Source: a virus
Direction: 5' to 3' (one strand)
DNA length: 64,000 nt
IMG/VR virus record: IMGVR_UViG_3300032291_003441
Span: 9,087-73,086 of that record
The position numbers and the translations under genes were made by a program. This document shows positions 1 to 8,575 of this stretch, piece after piece. Position 1 is the first letter of the stretch. Every line of letters starts with the position of its first letter. The notes below the pieces were generated by a model. The model saw only the letters and a list, made by a program, of their open reading frames with translations, ran no database searches and was not told the DNA's origin.

Positions 1-775
1 CCCACCAATTACCAAACTTACAAGTTAACATGTCCTCATCATGAAGATTAAACAAAGCAATAAGAGCGGCTCTACGAATACCACCTGATAATACAGCATC
101 AGCTAAGTGACAGATAATATCGTGACATTCAACTGTTGTTAATTTTTCACCATCTTGTTTACGGTCCAAAATCGCTTGCATATGAATTAAAGCAATTTTC
201 AATGGTTCAGGACCTGGTGCTTTACCACCAACTGTAATCAATGAAGCACCTTTAGCTCTAATGTCTCTAAAATCAAATAGAGGAGCAGTTGATGTTTGTC
301 CAAAATATGCTTTAGTCAACATACGAACGGCATCAGCCCATCCTTCAATAGAATCACCTACTAAATAACGCTTTGATTTCAAAGGTTTTCTAATTTCGGG
401 TAGTTGTTCAACGTGGTGTGATTGAACAGAATATCCTACTCCACAACCTGATAACAACAAGAACATAATTTCAGAAAATGCTCTAAAGTCATCAATTGGT
501 AAGTAAGAACAGTTAAAAATACGAGCATTGTTTATCTCAATAGGCTTACCTGCAAACTGCATTGAACGCATTGATGGTAATACCTTTTTGTCATAAACAT
601 ACTGGTAAGCGGCTTCAATTTCTTCAGCCAATTGAGGAAACTTCTTTAAGTGCATTTCCTTGTTTCGAGTTACTAGCTCGTCCCATGTTTCTCTCCTGTT
701 TTTTTCAGGTACGAACTTCGCGTATTTGAGGTGGGTAGTAATTTCAGACAAAATTTGTGATTCTGTGGTTAACAT
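1..775 (-). CDS. nrdJ: Class II (adenosylcobalamin-dependent) ribonucleotide reductase, N-terminal part; runs off the window
   Basis: Not in the ORF track. Manual translation from ATG at 775: MLTTESQILSEITTHLKYAKFVPEKNRRETWDELV...VLPSMRSMQFAG...RIFNCSY...LLLSGCGVGYSV...DSIEGWA...APGPEPL...VLSGGIRRAALI, which carries typical NrdJ motifs. Confidence 0.88.
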   Translation of the reverse strand, partial: MLTTESQILSEITTHLKYAKFVPEKNRRETWDELVTRNKEMHLKKFPQLAEEIEAAYQYVYDKKVLPSMRSMQFAGKPIEINNARIFNCSYLPIDDFRAFSEIMFLLLSGCGVGYSVQSHHVEQLPEIRKPLKSKRYLVGDSIEGWADAVRMLTKAYFGQTSTAPLFDFRDIRAKGASLITVGGKAPGPEPLKIALIHMQAILDRKQDGEKLTTVECHDIICHLADAVLSGGIRRAALIALFNLHDEDMLTCKFGNWW

Positions 776-790
776 TTGTTTTTTAATAAT

Positions 791-2155
791 TTAGTTGGTT
801 AGTTCGAAAAATTTTTGTTTAATAAGGGCTTTGTCTACAGAATCGATATTTCCAAATCTGGTGCTTTGTTGTTGTGATACTACGTTATCATCGTCTTCTT
901 CAATATGGGTTGATACATCAAAATGTCCTGTTGACGTATCTACTTTGACAGAATAGGTCATGCCGTCCATTCCGTATCGATTTTTCATAATGTGAAATCT
1001 TCCTGTCCCATTTACTTTGTCTTGACGTTTCCTTGATAAGGATATAGCAACATCGGTAACCATCATTTTATCATAGGAACCGGCAGCTTTATCACCTTCA
1101 ATAATATCATCTTTTGCACCAGCTCGGTTTACTTGAGATACTGACCAAATAGGTAGTTTTAATTCTCTAGCAAGACCCTTAGTACTAATATAAATATCAT
1201 CTATTTCGTCCTTACGCTCACCATTCTTTCTCTTTGAACGAAGAAGATCCACATAGTCAATAATAACTAGGTCTGGTTTAAAATCTAAGTCAATACATTT
1301 TTTAACATGCGATTCAATTGTAGAAATCGTTGCTTTTCCTGTAGGAAATTCTTTAATGATAAGTTGACCTTCTAACTGAGTAACAACTTCTTCAACCTGA
1401 TTTTTATGTTTAGTAATATCTCCTACTGGAATATTAGTAAAATAAGCATCATAACGTCTGCCTACATAATCAGCTCCTAACTCAAGTGTATAGTGTAAAA
1501 CATTATAACCTAATTTAACAGCATAACCACCTAAGGCAACTAATGACCAAGATTTACCACCACCAGGACTACCAAAAATCAATCCAAAGTCACCATCACC
1601 TAATCCACCTTGTAATAATTCATTGAATGGCTCAAAAGGTGTAGGAACTACTACTCTGTGATTTTCTCTGTAACGTGATTCAGTATCTTTGTTGTACTCG
1701 TGGCCAATATTTTTGTCTTGACCCGCTTTTAACGCGTTATCAACAATTGTCCTGATTGAATCATAGTCCCCCGCGTTTAGAAAATCTACGCTCGTTAACA
1801 ACGCTTTTTTAAGCTGTTGATTCTTACAGAAATTAGAAAATTCTTCCTCTACGTACTTAAGATCCTCGTCTGATGATTTGTAGGCCTCACGTAATTGTTC
1901 TTTAATTGATACTTGTAATACCTCATTGTCAATCTTTTTAAGTTCTACTTTAAGAACATCCATTGTAGGACAAGTGTGGTATTTTTGATAATACTTTAGA
2001 ATTTCTTTGATAATCCATTTTTGGGATTGAGAGTCAAAATATTCCTCACTTAACACATCCTGAATGTTAAGAAGAAATTCTTTATGGGTAAGTAATGATG
2101 ATATTACTTTAATTTGGAATCCCACACCATATTGGGAAAGTGAATTTAATGTCAT
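791..2155 (-). CDS. DnaB-like replicative helicase (T4 gp41-like)
   Basis: Walker A GSPGGGKS, TLEL, Walker B VIIDYVD, SQVNR, KNRYG motifs. Confidence 0.92.
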   Translation of the reverse strand: MTLNSLSQYGVGFQIKVISSLLTHKEFLLNIQDVLSEEYFDSQSQKWIIKEILKYYQKYHTCPTMDVLKVELKKIDNEVLQVSIKEQLREAYKSSDEDLKYVEEEFSNFCKNQQLKKALLTSVDFLNAGDYDSIRTIVDNALKAGQDKNIGHEYNKDTESRYRENHRVVVPTPFEPFNELLQGGLGDGDFGLIFGSPGGGKSWSLVALGGYAVKLGYNVLHYTLELGADYVGRRYDAYFTNIPVGDITKHKNQVEEVVTQLEGQLIIKEFPTGKATISTIESHVKKCIDLDFKPDLVIIDYVDLLRSKRKNGERKDEIDDIYISTKGLARELKLPIWSVSQVNRAGAKDDIIEGDKAAGSYDKMMVTDVAISLSRKRQDKVNGTGRFHIMKNRYGMDGMTYSVKVDTSTGHFDVSTHIEEDDDNVVSQQQSTRFGNIDSVDKALIKQKFFELTN

Positions 2156-2159
2156 AACT

Positions 2160-3197
2160 TTATTTTGTAAAACTGTTTAGTACTTTGTATGTGTCGTTAA
2201 TTGTAAACTCTGGATTTTTAATCATGTGACCTATTCCATCCTCATTGTAAAGTAATAAAAAAGCTTGTGTATTCAAAGCTGGAGTAGGTTCTTCTACAAC
2301 ATCCTCTAACCATTCTTTTTCAGCATCATCCATTAACGGATTACCCAAATCCATAATACGGAAATTATTTTCTAATCGTTCCATCTCAAATACTACTCTT
2401 GAGTATACAACGTGGTCTTTATGTTTTTGAGCACTTATTTCAATAATGTCTTGAAATGTTAATACACGTTCTGCTAGCTCAGGAAACTTTTTAAGTAACC
2501 CTTTTTCACCTAATCCCTTTACACCAGCTACTTTATCTGATTGGTCACCTAATAGTGTTTTATACAGAATAAAATTTTCGGCCAATACACCAAATTTTTC
2601 TTTTACTAAATTTTTAGTGTAATATTCTTTATCTCCAGGACGGAAAAGTATAACTTTCTCGTCTACTAATTGAACAAAATCCTTATCATTAGATACTATG
2701 AAAACCTGAGAATTGTGTTTATTAGGCAATATATTACTTAAATATGCGATTATATCATCGGCCTCCACCTTATCTAAACTTAAGGTTTTAACTGGTAGAC
2801 ACTTTAGGTAATGGATTAATCTTACAATTTGATCGATTTTGGAATCATGTTCATCCTCTAAGGAATCAAAGGAATCCCAGTTTGTAATACGAACCAAGTT
2901 ACGGCCTGATTTGTATTCGGGTAGTAAGTTTTTTCTGTTTACTGATGAACCTGTTCCATCAAATACTACATAAATAGAGGTTGGTTTAATTTGATTAATT
3001 AATGAATTTAAAGAACGAATAAAACCCCCTAAACCACCAATGTGAACACCTTGTTCATTTACAAAGTTCATCATTGCGAAGTTCCTGAAAAACAAATTTA
3101 ACCCATCAATCAACAGTACTCGATCATGGGGATTAGCAAAACCTTCTTCTTGCTTATCCATTTGGTTTAGGAGGTTTAATAGTTCGTTCTTGTTCAT
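2160..3197 (-). CDS. 5'-3' exonuclease / flap endonuclease (T4 RNase H / Pol I N-terminal family)
   Basis: LLIDGLN, VVFDG, YKSGR, VEADDII, SNDKDF, LLGDQSDKVAGVKGLGEK (H3TH) motifs. Confidence 0.92.
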   Translation of the reverse strand: MNKNELLNLLNQMDKQEEGFANPHDRVLLIDGLNLFFRNFAMMNFVNEQGVHIGGLGGFIRSLNSLINQIKPTSIYVVFDGTGSSVNRKNLLPEYKSGRNLVRITNWDSFDSLEDEHDSKIDQIVRLIHYLKCLPVKTLSLDKVEADDIIAYLSNILPNKHNSQVFIVSNDKDFVQLVDEKVILFRPGDKEYYTKNLVKEKFGVLAENFILYKTLLGDQSDKVAGVKGLGEKGLLKKFPELAERVLTFQDIIEISAQKHKDHVVYSRVVFEMERLENNFRIMDLGNPLMDDAEKEWLEDVVEEPTPALNTQAFLLLYNEDGIGHMIKNPEFTINDTYKVLNSFTK

Positions 3198-3205
3198 ACG
3201 ATTGG

Positions 3206-3235
3206 AATATAATAAATTTCTTTGACTAAACCTAA
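3206..3235 (-). promoter_or_regulatory. Bacteroidota-like -33/-7 promoter (TTAG-N20-TATATT)
   Basis: Same spacing as six other copies; upstream of exonuclease gene. Confidence 0.6.
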
Positions 3236-4321
3236 TTAATCAGGCTCTTGTTCAAAAATATTCATTGAGCTTTCCAATACATCTTCTTCCTCGTAGATAT
3301 CGAAATCCATACCACCTAAAATCTTACTCCATTCGGCAGCATGATCATCTTTATATGATTTGATTTCTTTATCGGTATCATTAATAAATCCGTGTGGGGT
3401 CATAATAATTTTACCTCGAGTTGTAATACCATTAATGTGGTTTTTATCAATTTGAATGTTAGTACGCTTAGCGAATTCAACTTGTTTACCATCTTTAATA
3501 GCTTTGATTTTACTGGTACCAGCATTTGAAACATTACCAAAAGTAATTACAAACGTAGCATCGAACCACATAGCAAAACCTCCCTTATTCATAAGTTTTG
3601 GTTGTCCCATAGGTACTTCAGCTTTTGCTGTCCAAACCTTATTTACACATACTAACGTATTAGTGTAACGTGAGGATTCTTTACGTGACAATGTAATTTT
3701 TTGGTTTACGTTATTACCAAATTGTGTACTCATAGCACCAGCATTCCATTCGTTGTTGTTTTTGTTTGAACGAACTGATAAATCACAAGGTACTGAACCG
3801 ATTGAGTCCCAAAGGAATAATAAATCGTATGGTAAGTTGCCTTTTTTCTGTTCATCCAATAAATCCAAAATAAATGCGGCTACGTCTTCGATTGTGTTTA
3901 AAGTTTCCCTATCTACATAAAGGAAAAATCCACTGTAATTTCCAACCTCACCTGTTTCTTCATCCACTTCTGTGTTTACTTGTAAACCCATTTGTGTTGC
4001 GTGTTCCCAATTCCATTTCATCTCAGTAATAATAAATACTGGTAGTACACCTGCTTTTTGGGCAGAAACTGCTGCCTCAATTAAAGCTGTTGTTTTACCT
4101 GTATCACTATGTCCACGAAGTAGAACAATGTGCCCAGTTGGAATACCAGGCACACTTGTTACTTCTTGAAATGCTGGACTAAGAGGGATCCACTTCTGTT
4201 CTTTAAACTTAACGTTACCATTAAGTAATTTTTTCTCCTTAAATTTGTCTAAATTGAAATTAGACTTGATTTCTGCGGAGACGGCAGCCGTTAGCGATTC
4301 GCTTTTCTTAGTTTTAGCCAT
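3236..4321 (-). CDS. uvsX: RecA/UvsX-like recombinase
   Basis: GIPTGHIVLLRGHSDTGKTT Walker A, WDSIGS Walker B, KGG and KNH motifs; lies in replication cluster. Confidence 0.85.
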   Translation of the reverse strand: MAKTKKSESLTAAVSAEIKSNFNLDKFKEKKLLNGNVKFKEQKWIPLSPAFQEVTSVPGIPTGHIVLLRGHSDTGKTTALIEAAVSAQKAGVLPVFIITEMKWNWEHATQMGLQVNTEVDEETGEVGNYSGFFLYVDRETLNTIEDVAAFILDLLDEQKKGNLPYDLLFLWDSIGSVPCDLSVRSNKNNNEWNAGAMSTQFGNNVNQKITLSRKESSRYTNTLVCVNKVWTAKAEVPMGQPKLMNKGGFAMWFDATFVITFGNVSNAGTSKIKAIKDGKQVEFAKRTNIQIDKNHINGITTRGKIIMTPHGFINDTDKEIKSYKDDHAAEWSKILGGMDFDIYEEEDVLESSMNIFEQEPD

Positions 4322-4334
4322 AAATTTAATTTAA

Positions 4335-5180
4335 TTAGAAAGGTAGATCGTTGTCGTCCTCGTCATCAAACAAGGCATCAAATTTTTCTGCTTTACTTTC
4401 TTTAGTTGTTGCTGGAGTTTTCAAAGCATAATTTTTAACAGGAGCTGCCTCCAATACTGCCTCTACTTCATCCTCATCATCAATGATAGCACCTTCTTCT
4501 GGTTCTTCAGGTGACAACCAAGTTTGCAATGTTTCTTTAACTGATTCGTAAGTGTTCTTACGTTGAATTTCTAACAATACAGGTTGTTCTGAAAGGAAAG
4601 TTTCAACTTGGGAAGCATCAGCAGTCAAAGGAGTAGTTTTAGGTTTAATCCTGATAGATGTTTTTAGACCAATACGACCACCAATATCACCTTTGATAGC
4701 CTCAACTGTAAAGTCTCTACCCTCATTAATGTCTGTGTAATCGCCATAATCTTCATCCTCAGCAATACCTAATAACTGCATGTAAATTTCTTTACCAAAT
4801 TCCCAAAGGCGTACACCTTTTTCTTCCTCACCACGTACAATAACAGGAGCAAAAACTCTCATTTTTGGGTCCAATTTCTTAGCCAATACCCAGTTTTCAC
4901 GGTCATTGGTAGTACGTAATTGTTTAGCAAATTCTACGATTGGGTCTTTTTCACCCCAGTTAGTTAAGGCGTAGATAGGAAATTTCGAAAATCCATAGTG
5001 TACAAAAACCTCTTGGAATGGGTTTTTAGGATCAAGTTTGGAAGGTACAATACGAATTTGGTACTTACCTTCTTGTTTTGGTTTCCAGTAAACTTTTGTG
5101 TAATCGATTTTTTCTTTCTTGCCTGGTGTGTTCGTCGACTGTAGTGTGTTTAGTCGCTGTTTAATAGCTGATATGTCCAT
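4335..5180 (-). CDS. Single-stranded DNA-binding protein (T4 gp32-like)
   Basis: YWKP, IRIVP, EFGKEIY, TDINEGRDF motifs; acidic C-terminal tail ending DDNDLPF. Confidence 0.85.
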   Translation of the reverse strand: MDISAIKQRLNTLQSTNTPGKKEKIDYTKVYWKPKQEGKYQIRIVPSKLDPKNPFQEVFVHYGFSKFPIYALTNWGEKDPIVEFAKQLRTTNDRENWVLAKKLDPKMRVFAPVIVRGEEEKGVRLWEFGKEIYMQLLGIAEDEDYGDYTDINEGRDFTVEAIKGDIGGRIGLKTSIRIKPKTTPLTADASQVETFLSEQPVLLEIQRKNTYESVKETLQTWLSPEEPEEGAIIDDEDEVEAVLEAAPVKNYALKTPATTKESKAEKFDALFDDEDDNDLPF

Positions 5181-5203
5181 GATTTTTATTAGTTTATGAG
5201 ATT

Positions 5204-5233
5204 AATATAATAAGAGGAGATTAATAAACCAAG
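5204..5233 (-). promoter_or_regulatory. Promoter CTTG-N20-TATATT
   Basis: Upstream of SSB gene. Confidence 0.7.
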
Positions 5234-5779
5234 TTAAAGTTTATATTTCCAAAAAAATCCTCCTGAAGTTTTAGTTCTATTTTTTAGTACATTATTTATT
5301 GCTTTTTCATTTATTCCCAATATTATAGCTGCTTCTCGACAGCATGAAAATTCTTGAATTAAATTGTTTTGTTTATCTAATTGAAGGATTGGAATTCTTT
5401 TACCTGGTCTAGGGTTTGAAAAACCTTGTTTATTTACTCTAGGTTTTCTCATTTTTTGTTTAGATTCTTCAGATTTAGGAACTCTCATCTTTTGTCTAGT
5501 TTCTTCAGTATGGAACTGAGGTCCACCTCCACCATTGTTTTTATTTATTACTTCAAATCCCCAATGTTTAAATTGTTCTATCCAATAGCTTTCAAAAAAT
5601 TTCCATTCATGTTTATAGTTATAAGATATAATATCTATAACATCATATGTAATGTTTTTTCCAAATTTGCTATTATGATAATGTTTGCGGTATTTAGGAA
5701 TATTTGCTTTTCCTATATAAACTTTATTAGGATTGTTATCTATATTAGTGATAAGATAAATATATGTAATATGTATCAC
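5234..5779 (-). mobile_element. Free-standing GIY-YIG homing endonuclease with NUMOD3/NUMOD1-type DNA-binding modules
   Basis: YIYLITN...KVYIGKA, E..WI, N..GGG; HTEETRQKM/SEESKQKM repeats; C-terminal TSGGFFWKY. Confidence 0.8.
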
Positions 5780-5821
5780 TGTAATTTATAATTTTGGTCG
5801 ATTATAAATATTACAGAATTT

Positions 5822-5841
5822 GAGCCCTTTTACAAGGGCTC
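5822..5841. terminator. Stem-loop GAGCCCTT-TTAC-AAGGGCTC
   Basis: Perfect 8-bp inverted repeat between genes; the T-tract is only on the plus side, so minus-strand termination is uncertain. Confidence 0.4.
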
Positions 5842-5848
5842 TTTATTT

Positions 5849-6127
5849 TTATACTAAATTATTTATTAAGTTCTGCATCTCTTCATCTGCAGGTCCACTA
5901 TAACTAAAAGTATATGTTCCTTTTAAGCTTTTATCATCATAATAATCATTATTAGGTACTAACTTAAAGTCTAAATTCGGGTAATTGTTTTCAATATACT
6001 TTATTTTATCTTCTATTTCAGGAGTAAGTTTTTGAATTAAAATATTGCCTGAGGTTCTAGTTTCTTCTTTTAATAAATGACCTTCAGTAATAAATTTTCT
6101 TAAATCAAAATTGTCTGCTTTTTTCAT
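5849..6127 (-). CDS. Hypothetical protein with putative head-targeting leader (FDLRKFITEGHLLKEE)
   Basis: ORF with its own promoter motif upstream; leader resembles FNLKEHI of 57214..58668. Confidence 0.6.
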   Translation of the reverse strand: MKKADNFDLRKFITEGHLLKEETRTSGNILIQKLTPEIEDKIKYIENNYPNLDFKLVPNNDYYDDKSLKGTYTFSYSGPADEEMQNLINNLV

Positions 6128-6145
6128 GTTATTCTATATGTTATA

Positions 6146-6175
6146 AATATACGAAGGAAATTCTAGATTTCCAAA
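6146..6175 (-). promoter_or_regulatory. Promoter TTTG-N20-TATATTTA
   Basis: Close match to Bacteroidota TTTG-N19-21-TAnnTTTG. Confidence 0.72.
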
Positions 6176-6184
6176 TGACGTTTT

Positions 6185-6649
6185 TTAAAGCTCAACAATC
6201 TTATAAACTTTTGTATTTAATTGTTTCAACTCATTATGGTTGGTTAACAAAATACAGTTTTTATAGTGTTGCCAATTTACACGGAAAGATGGATCAACCA
6301 CTCCCCCGTTTAGCTTTTTAATCAAATCGTTTAATGCATTGATTGTATAAAGAGTATTAGTTTCCTTTTTTCTATGAACTAAAATAGTGTTCATCGGAAT
6401 ACCCTCAACATTGCCTTGCTCCACGTTGTATGTAACAACGTACTCGTCTGTACTTTTTACATAAAGTACAAACATCTTATTATACATGATTGTATATGCC
6501 CTAGTCAGCTCACTGATTAGTGTTTCTAAATCCTCTAGTGCTGTAAATGTACAAAATAACTTATTGTTCACGTCTTTTATGTTTGTCGAATCGAAATCGT
6601 ATCCGTCATACATATAGTCATTCCTCTGTAAAATCGTATGTTTTTCCAT
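6185..6649 (-). CDS. Hypothetical phage protein
   Basis: 154-aa ORF overlapping the end of the polymerase gene; no function recognised. Confidence 0.7.
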   Translation of the reverse strand: MEKHTILQRNDYMYDGYDFDSTNIKDVNNKLFCTFTALEDLETLISELTRAYTIMYNKMFVLYVKSTDEYVVTYNVEQGNVEGIPMNTILVHRKKETNTLYTINALNDLIKKLNGGVVDPSFRVNWQHYKNCILLTNHNELKQLNTKVYKIVEL

Positions 6650-7907
6650 AACTTGTTTTTGTCTGTAACCTGTATTTATTAAATATTTGTTTTATCTCGT
6701 TTTCTATATTTTCATCACCCTCACCTAACTCAAACAAAAACGAATCGTACGTATATAATACAATTTTTGTTTCCCGCCCTCGTAATAGCTTATGTATATC
6801 CATCAATATACGAACATTCATTGCGGACTCCACGTTCTGTAACATATAATTAAACAGCTTCTGTGGATTCATATTCTCCAGTTTATCCTTTTTAAAGCAA
6901 TAACCCGAAATCGGCACAATAACTTCACCCAAGTTATTAAACGCCTCCCAATTTATTGTTATGAATTGTTTTACTTTTTGAAAAAATTCCAAATGCTCAT
7001 ACTCTTTAAATACACCACCATAGAGTTGTTTGAACGTGAGCTCTTTTGCTTCTTTGTAGCTCGTACCGTATAGGTCCGCGAAGGTTTGGTGGACATCCGT
7101 AGTGCCAAAATCAAAGGCAACCATACGACTAGCGAGGTGAGGATGATATGCACTAATATCGAGCTCCATAAACCCATGACTCGATATGTAACTCCTCCTT
7201 GCGCCATTATCTTTGTTTATTGCTGCGAAATTAACGCCATTAAAAGAGTTACTTGGTCTACGTGTTGTTGTCGCCAAATTGTAGCTGGTATAGATTCTAT
7301 CATTACCAATTGAATAAAATTCATTATTGAGTTCATAGTGTTTATCAAATTCATATTTATTTATTTTTAATCCGTTTTTTTCTATCCCAAAAAATGCTAA
7401 TACTACCTTATTGTTATAAAAATCAAAATACGGTGGTAATTCCTTTGGTATTACACTACGAACTTGATTATAAATATGTTCGCATTTTTGGTAGTGTTTG
7501 CTTAGAGGTACAAGCTTATTAACCTTTGGATAATCCGTATGGTAAGAATAAAAGTATGTATGTGCTTGTGTTTCCGATTGTATATACGTAGGGTTTAGAA
7601 TGGACAGGTCGCACAAGCTTTTAATAGGAAAATAATACAATGCGGATTTCTTATCACGCACCCACACCTTATTTATTTTTTGTAGTAACGCGTCTATAGT
7701 TGTCTTATTAAGCGAGGAGGTCTCGCTATGGTCAACGCATAACATATAACCCTTTGTGTCATTAAACGGTCTTATATACACTAAAGACACGTCATTTAAA
7801 GCAGGATGTATGTTATCGTGTAATGGAACTATCTCTACGAACGCTTCCGCTATCGTTTTGTGAGTAAAATACTCCATTGCCTCTTCTGTCTCTATTATCC
7901 AAAACAT
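6618..7907 (-). CDS. Compact family A DNA polymerase-like protein
   Basis: TTTRRPS, motif A ELDISAYHPHL, motif B EAKELTFKQLYGG, NYMLQ, motif C YTYDSFLF. Confidence 0.8.
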   Translation of the reverse strand: MFWIIETEEAMEYFTHKTIAEAFVEIVPLHDNIHPALNDVSLVYIRPFNDTKGYMLCVDHSETSSLNKTTIDALLQKINKVWVRDKKSALYYFPIKSLCDLSILNPTYIQSETQAHTYFYSYHTDYPKVNKLVPLSKHYQKCEHIYNQVRSVIPKELPPYFDFYNNKVVLAFFGIEKNGLKINKYEFDKHYELNNEFYSIGNDRIYTSYNLATTTRRPSNSFNGVNFAAINKDNGARRSYISSHGFMELDISAYHPHLASRMVAFDFGTTDVHQTFADLYGTSYKEAKELTFKQLYGGVFKEYEHLEFFQKVKQFITINWEAFNNLGEVIVPISGYCFKKDKLENMNPQKLFNYMLQNVESAMNVRILMDIHKLLRGRETKIVLYTYDSFLFELGEGDENIENEIKQIFNKYRLQTKTSYGKTYDFTEE

Positions 7908-8574
7908 AACCTTGATTTACTCCATTAATATACGAACCAGATGTTGTAGTTCCAACTTCAGGTTGATAATATTTTAAGAAATCTAATTTTAAGTACTCGT
8001 TTAATCCAAAAAACTTATTTCTAAATATAACTAATTCGGTTGCATTTTTGTTTACTTGAGCTACTTTTTGTTTATCCCCTGTTAATTGCCAGTCAATAAA
8101 AAATGGTTGATATAACTGCCATAGTATTTGAGGATCTTTAGCTAATAACTTATCAAATTGTTCTTGATTTATTTCAATATATTGATATTCATTTGTTTTT
8201 TTACAAAAATATCTTCTAAATTCCCCTACCTGGTAATCTTGTTGTGTTGGGGGGGTAGAATTGTAAGTAGGAACTATAATAGAGGTTGGGTTCTGGTGAG
8301 TGATATTTAGATATTGCTCATTGTTAGATTCAAATACATTAACCGTAGCCACATAATTAGTTTGGATTTGGGTAGAATTGTTTGGTGAGGGTAAATTTGC
8401 TTCTATAGGAACCAATTCAACGTTTGGTCTATCATCTTGGTTTCGGCCCGTAAAATATTTACCGTTAGATATTTTAAAATAATATCCTGAGTATGCTTCT
8501 TGGTTGATAGCACTTACAAATTCACCACCATTAGTGTATAAATTAGGAGTTATTTGTGATTTAGGATAATACAT
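7813..8574 (-). CDS. Hypothetical protein, probably baseplate-associated
   Basis: Last gene of the baseplate run; C-terminus overlaps the polymerase start. Confidence 0.6.
   Translation of the reverse strand: MYYPKSQITPNLYTNGGEFVSAINQEAYSGYYFKISNGKYFTGRNQDDRPNVELVPIEANLPSPNNSTQIQTNYVATVNVFESNNEQYLNITHQNPTSIIVPTYNSTPPTQQDYQVGEFRRYFCKKTNEYQYIEINQEQFDKLLAKDPQILWQLYQPFFIDWQLTGDKQKVAQVNKNATELVIFRNKFFGLNEYLKLDFLKYYQPEVGTTTSGSYINGVNQGYVLDNRDRRGNGVFYSQNDSGSVRRDSSITR
7927..7956 (-). promoter_or_regulatory. Promoter GTTG-N20-TATATT embedded in the upstream CDS
   Basis: 20 nt upstream of the polymerase ATG. Confidence 0.65.
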
Positions 8575-8575
8575 T

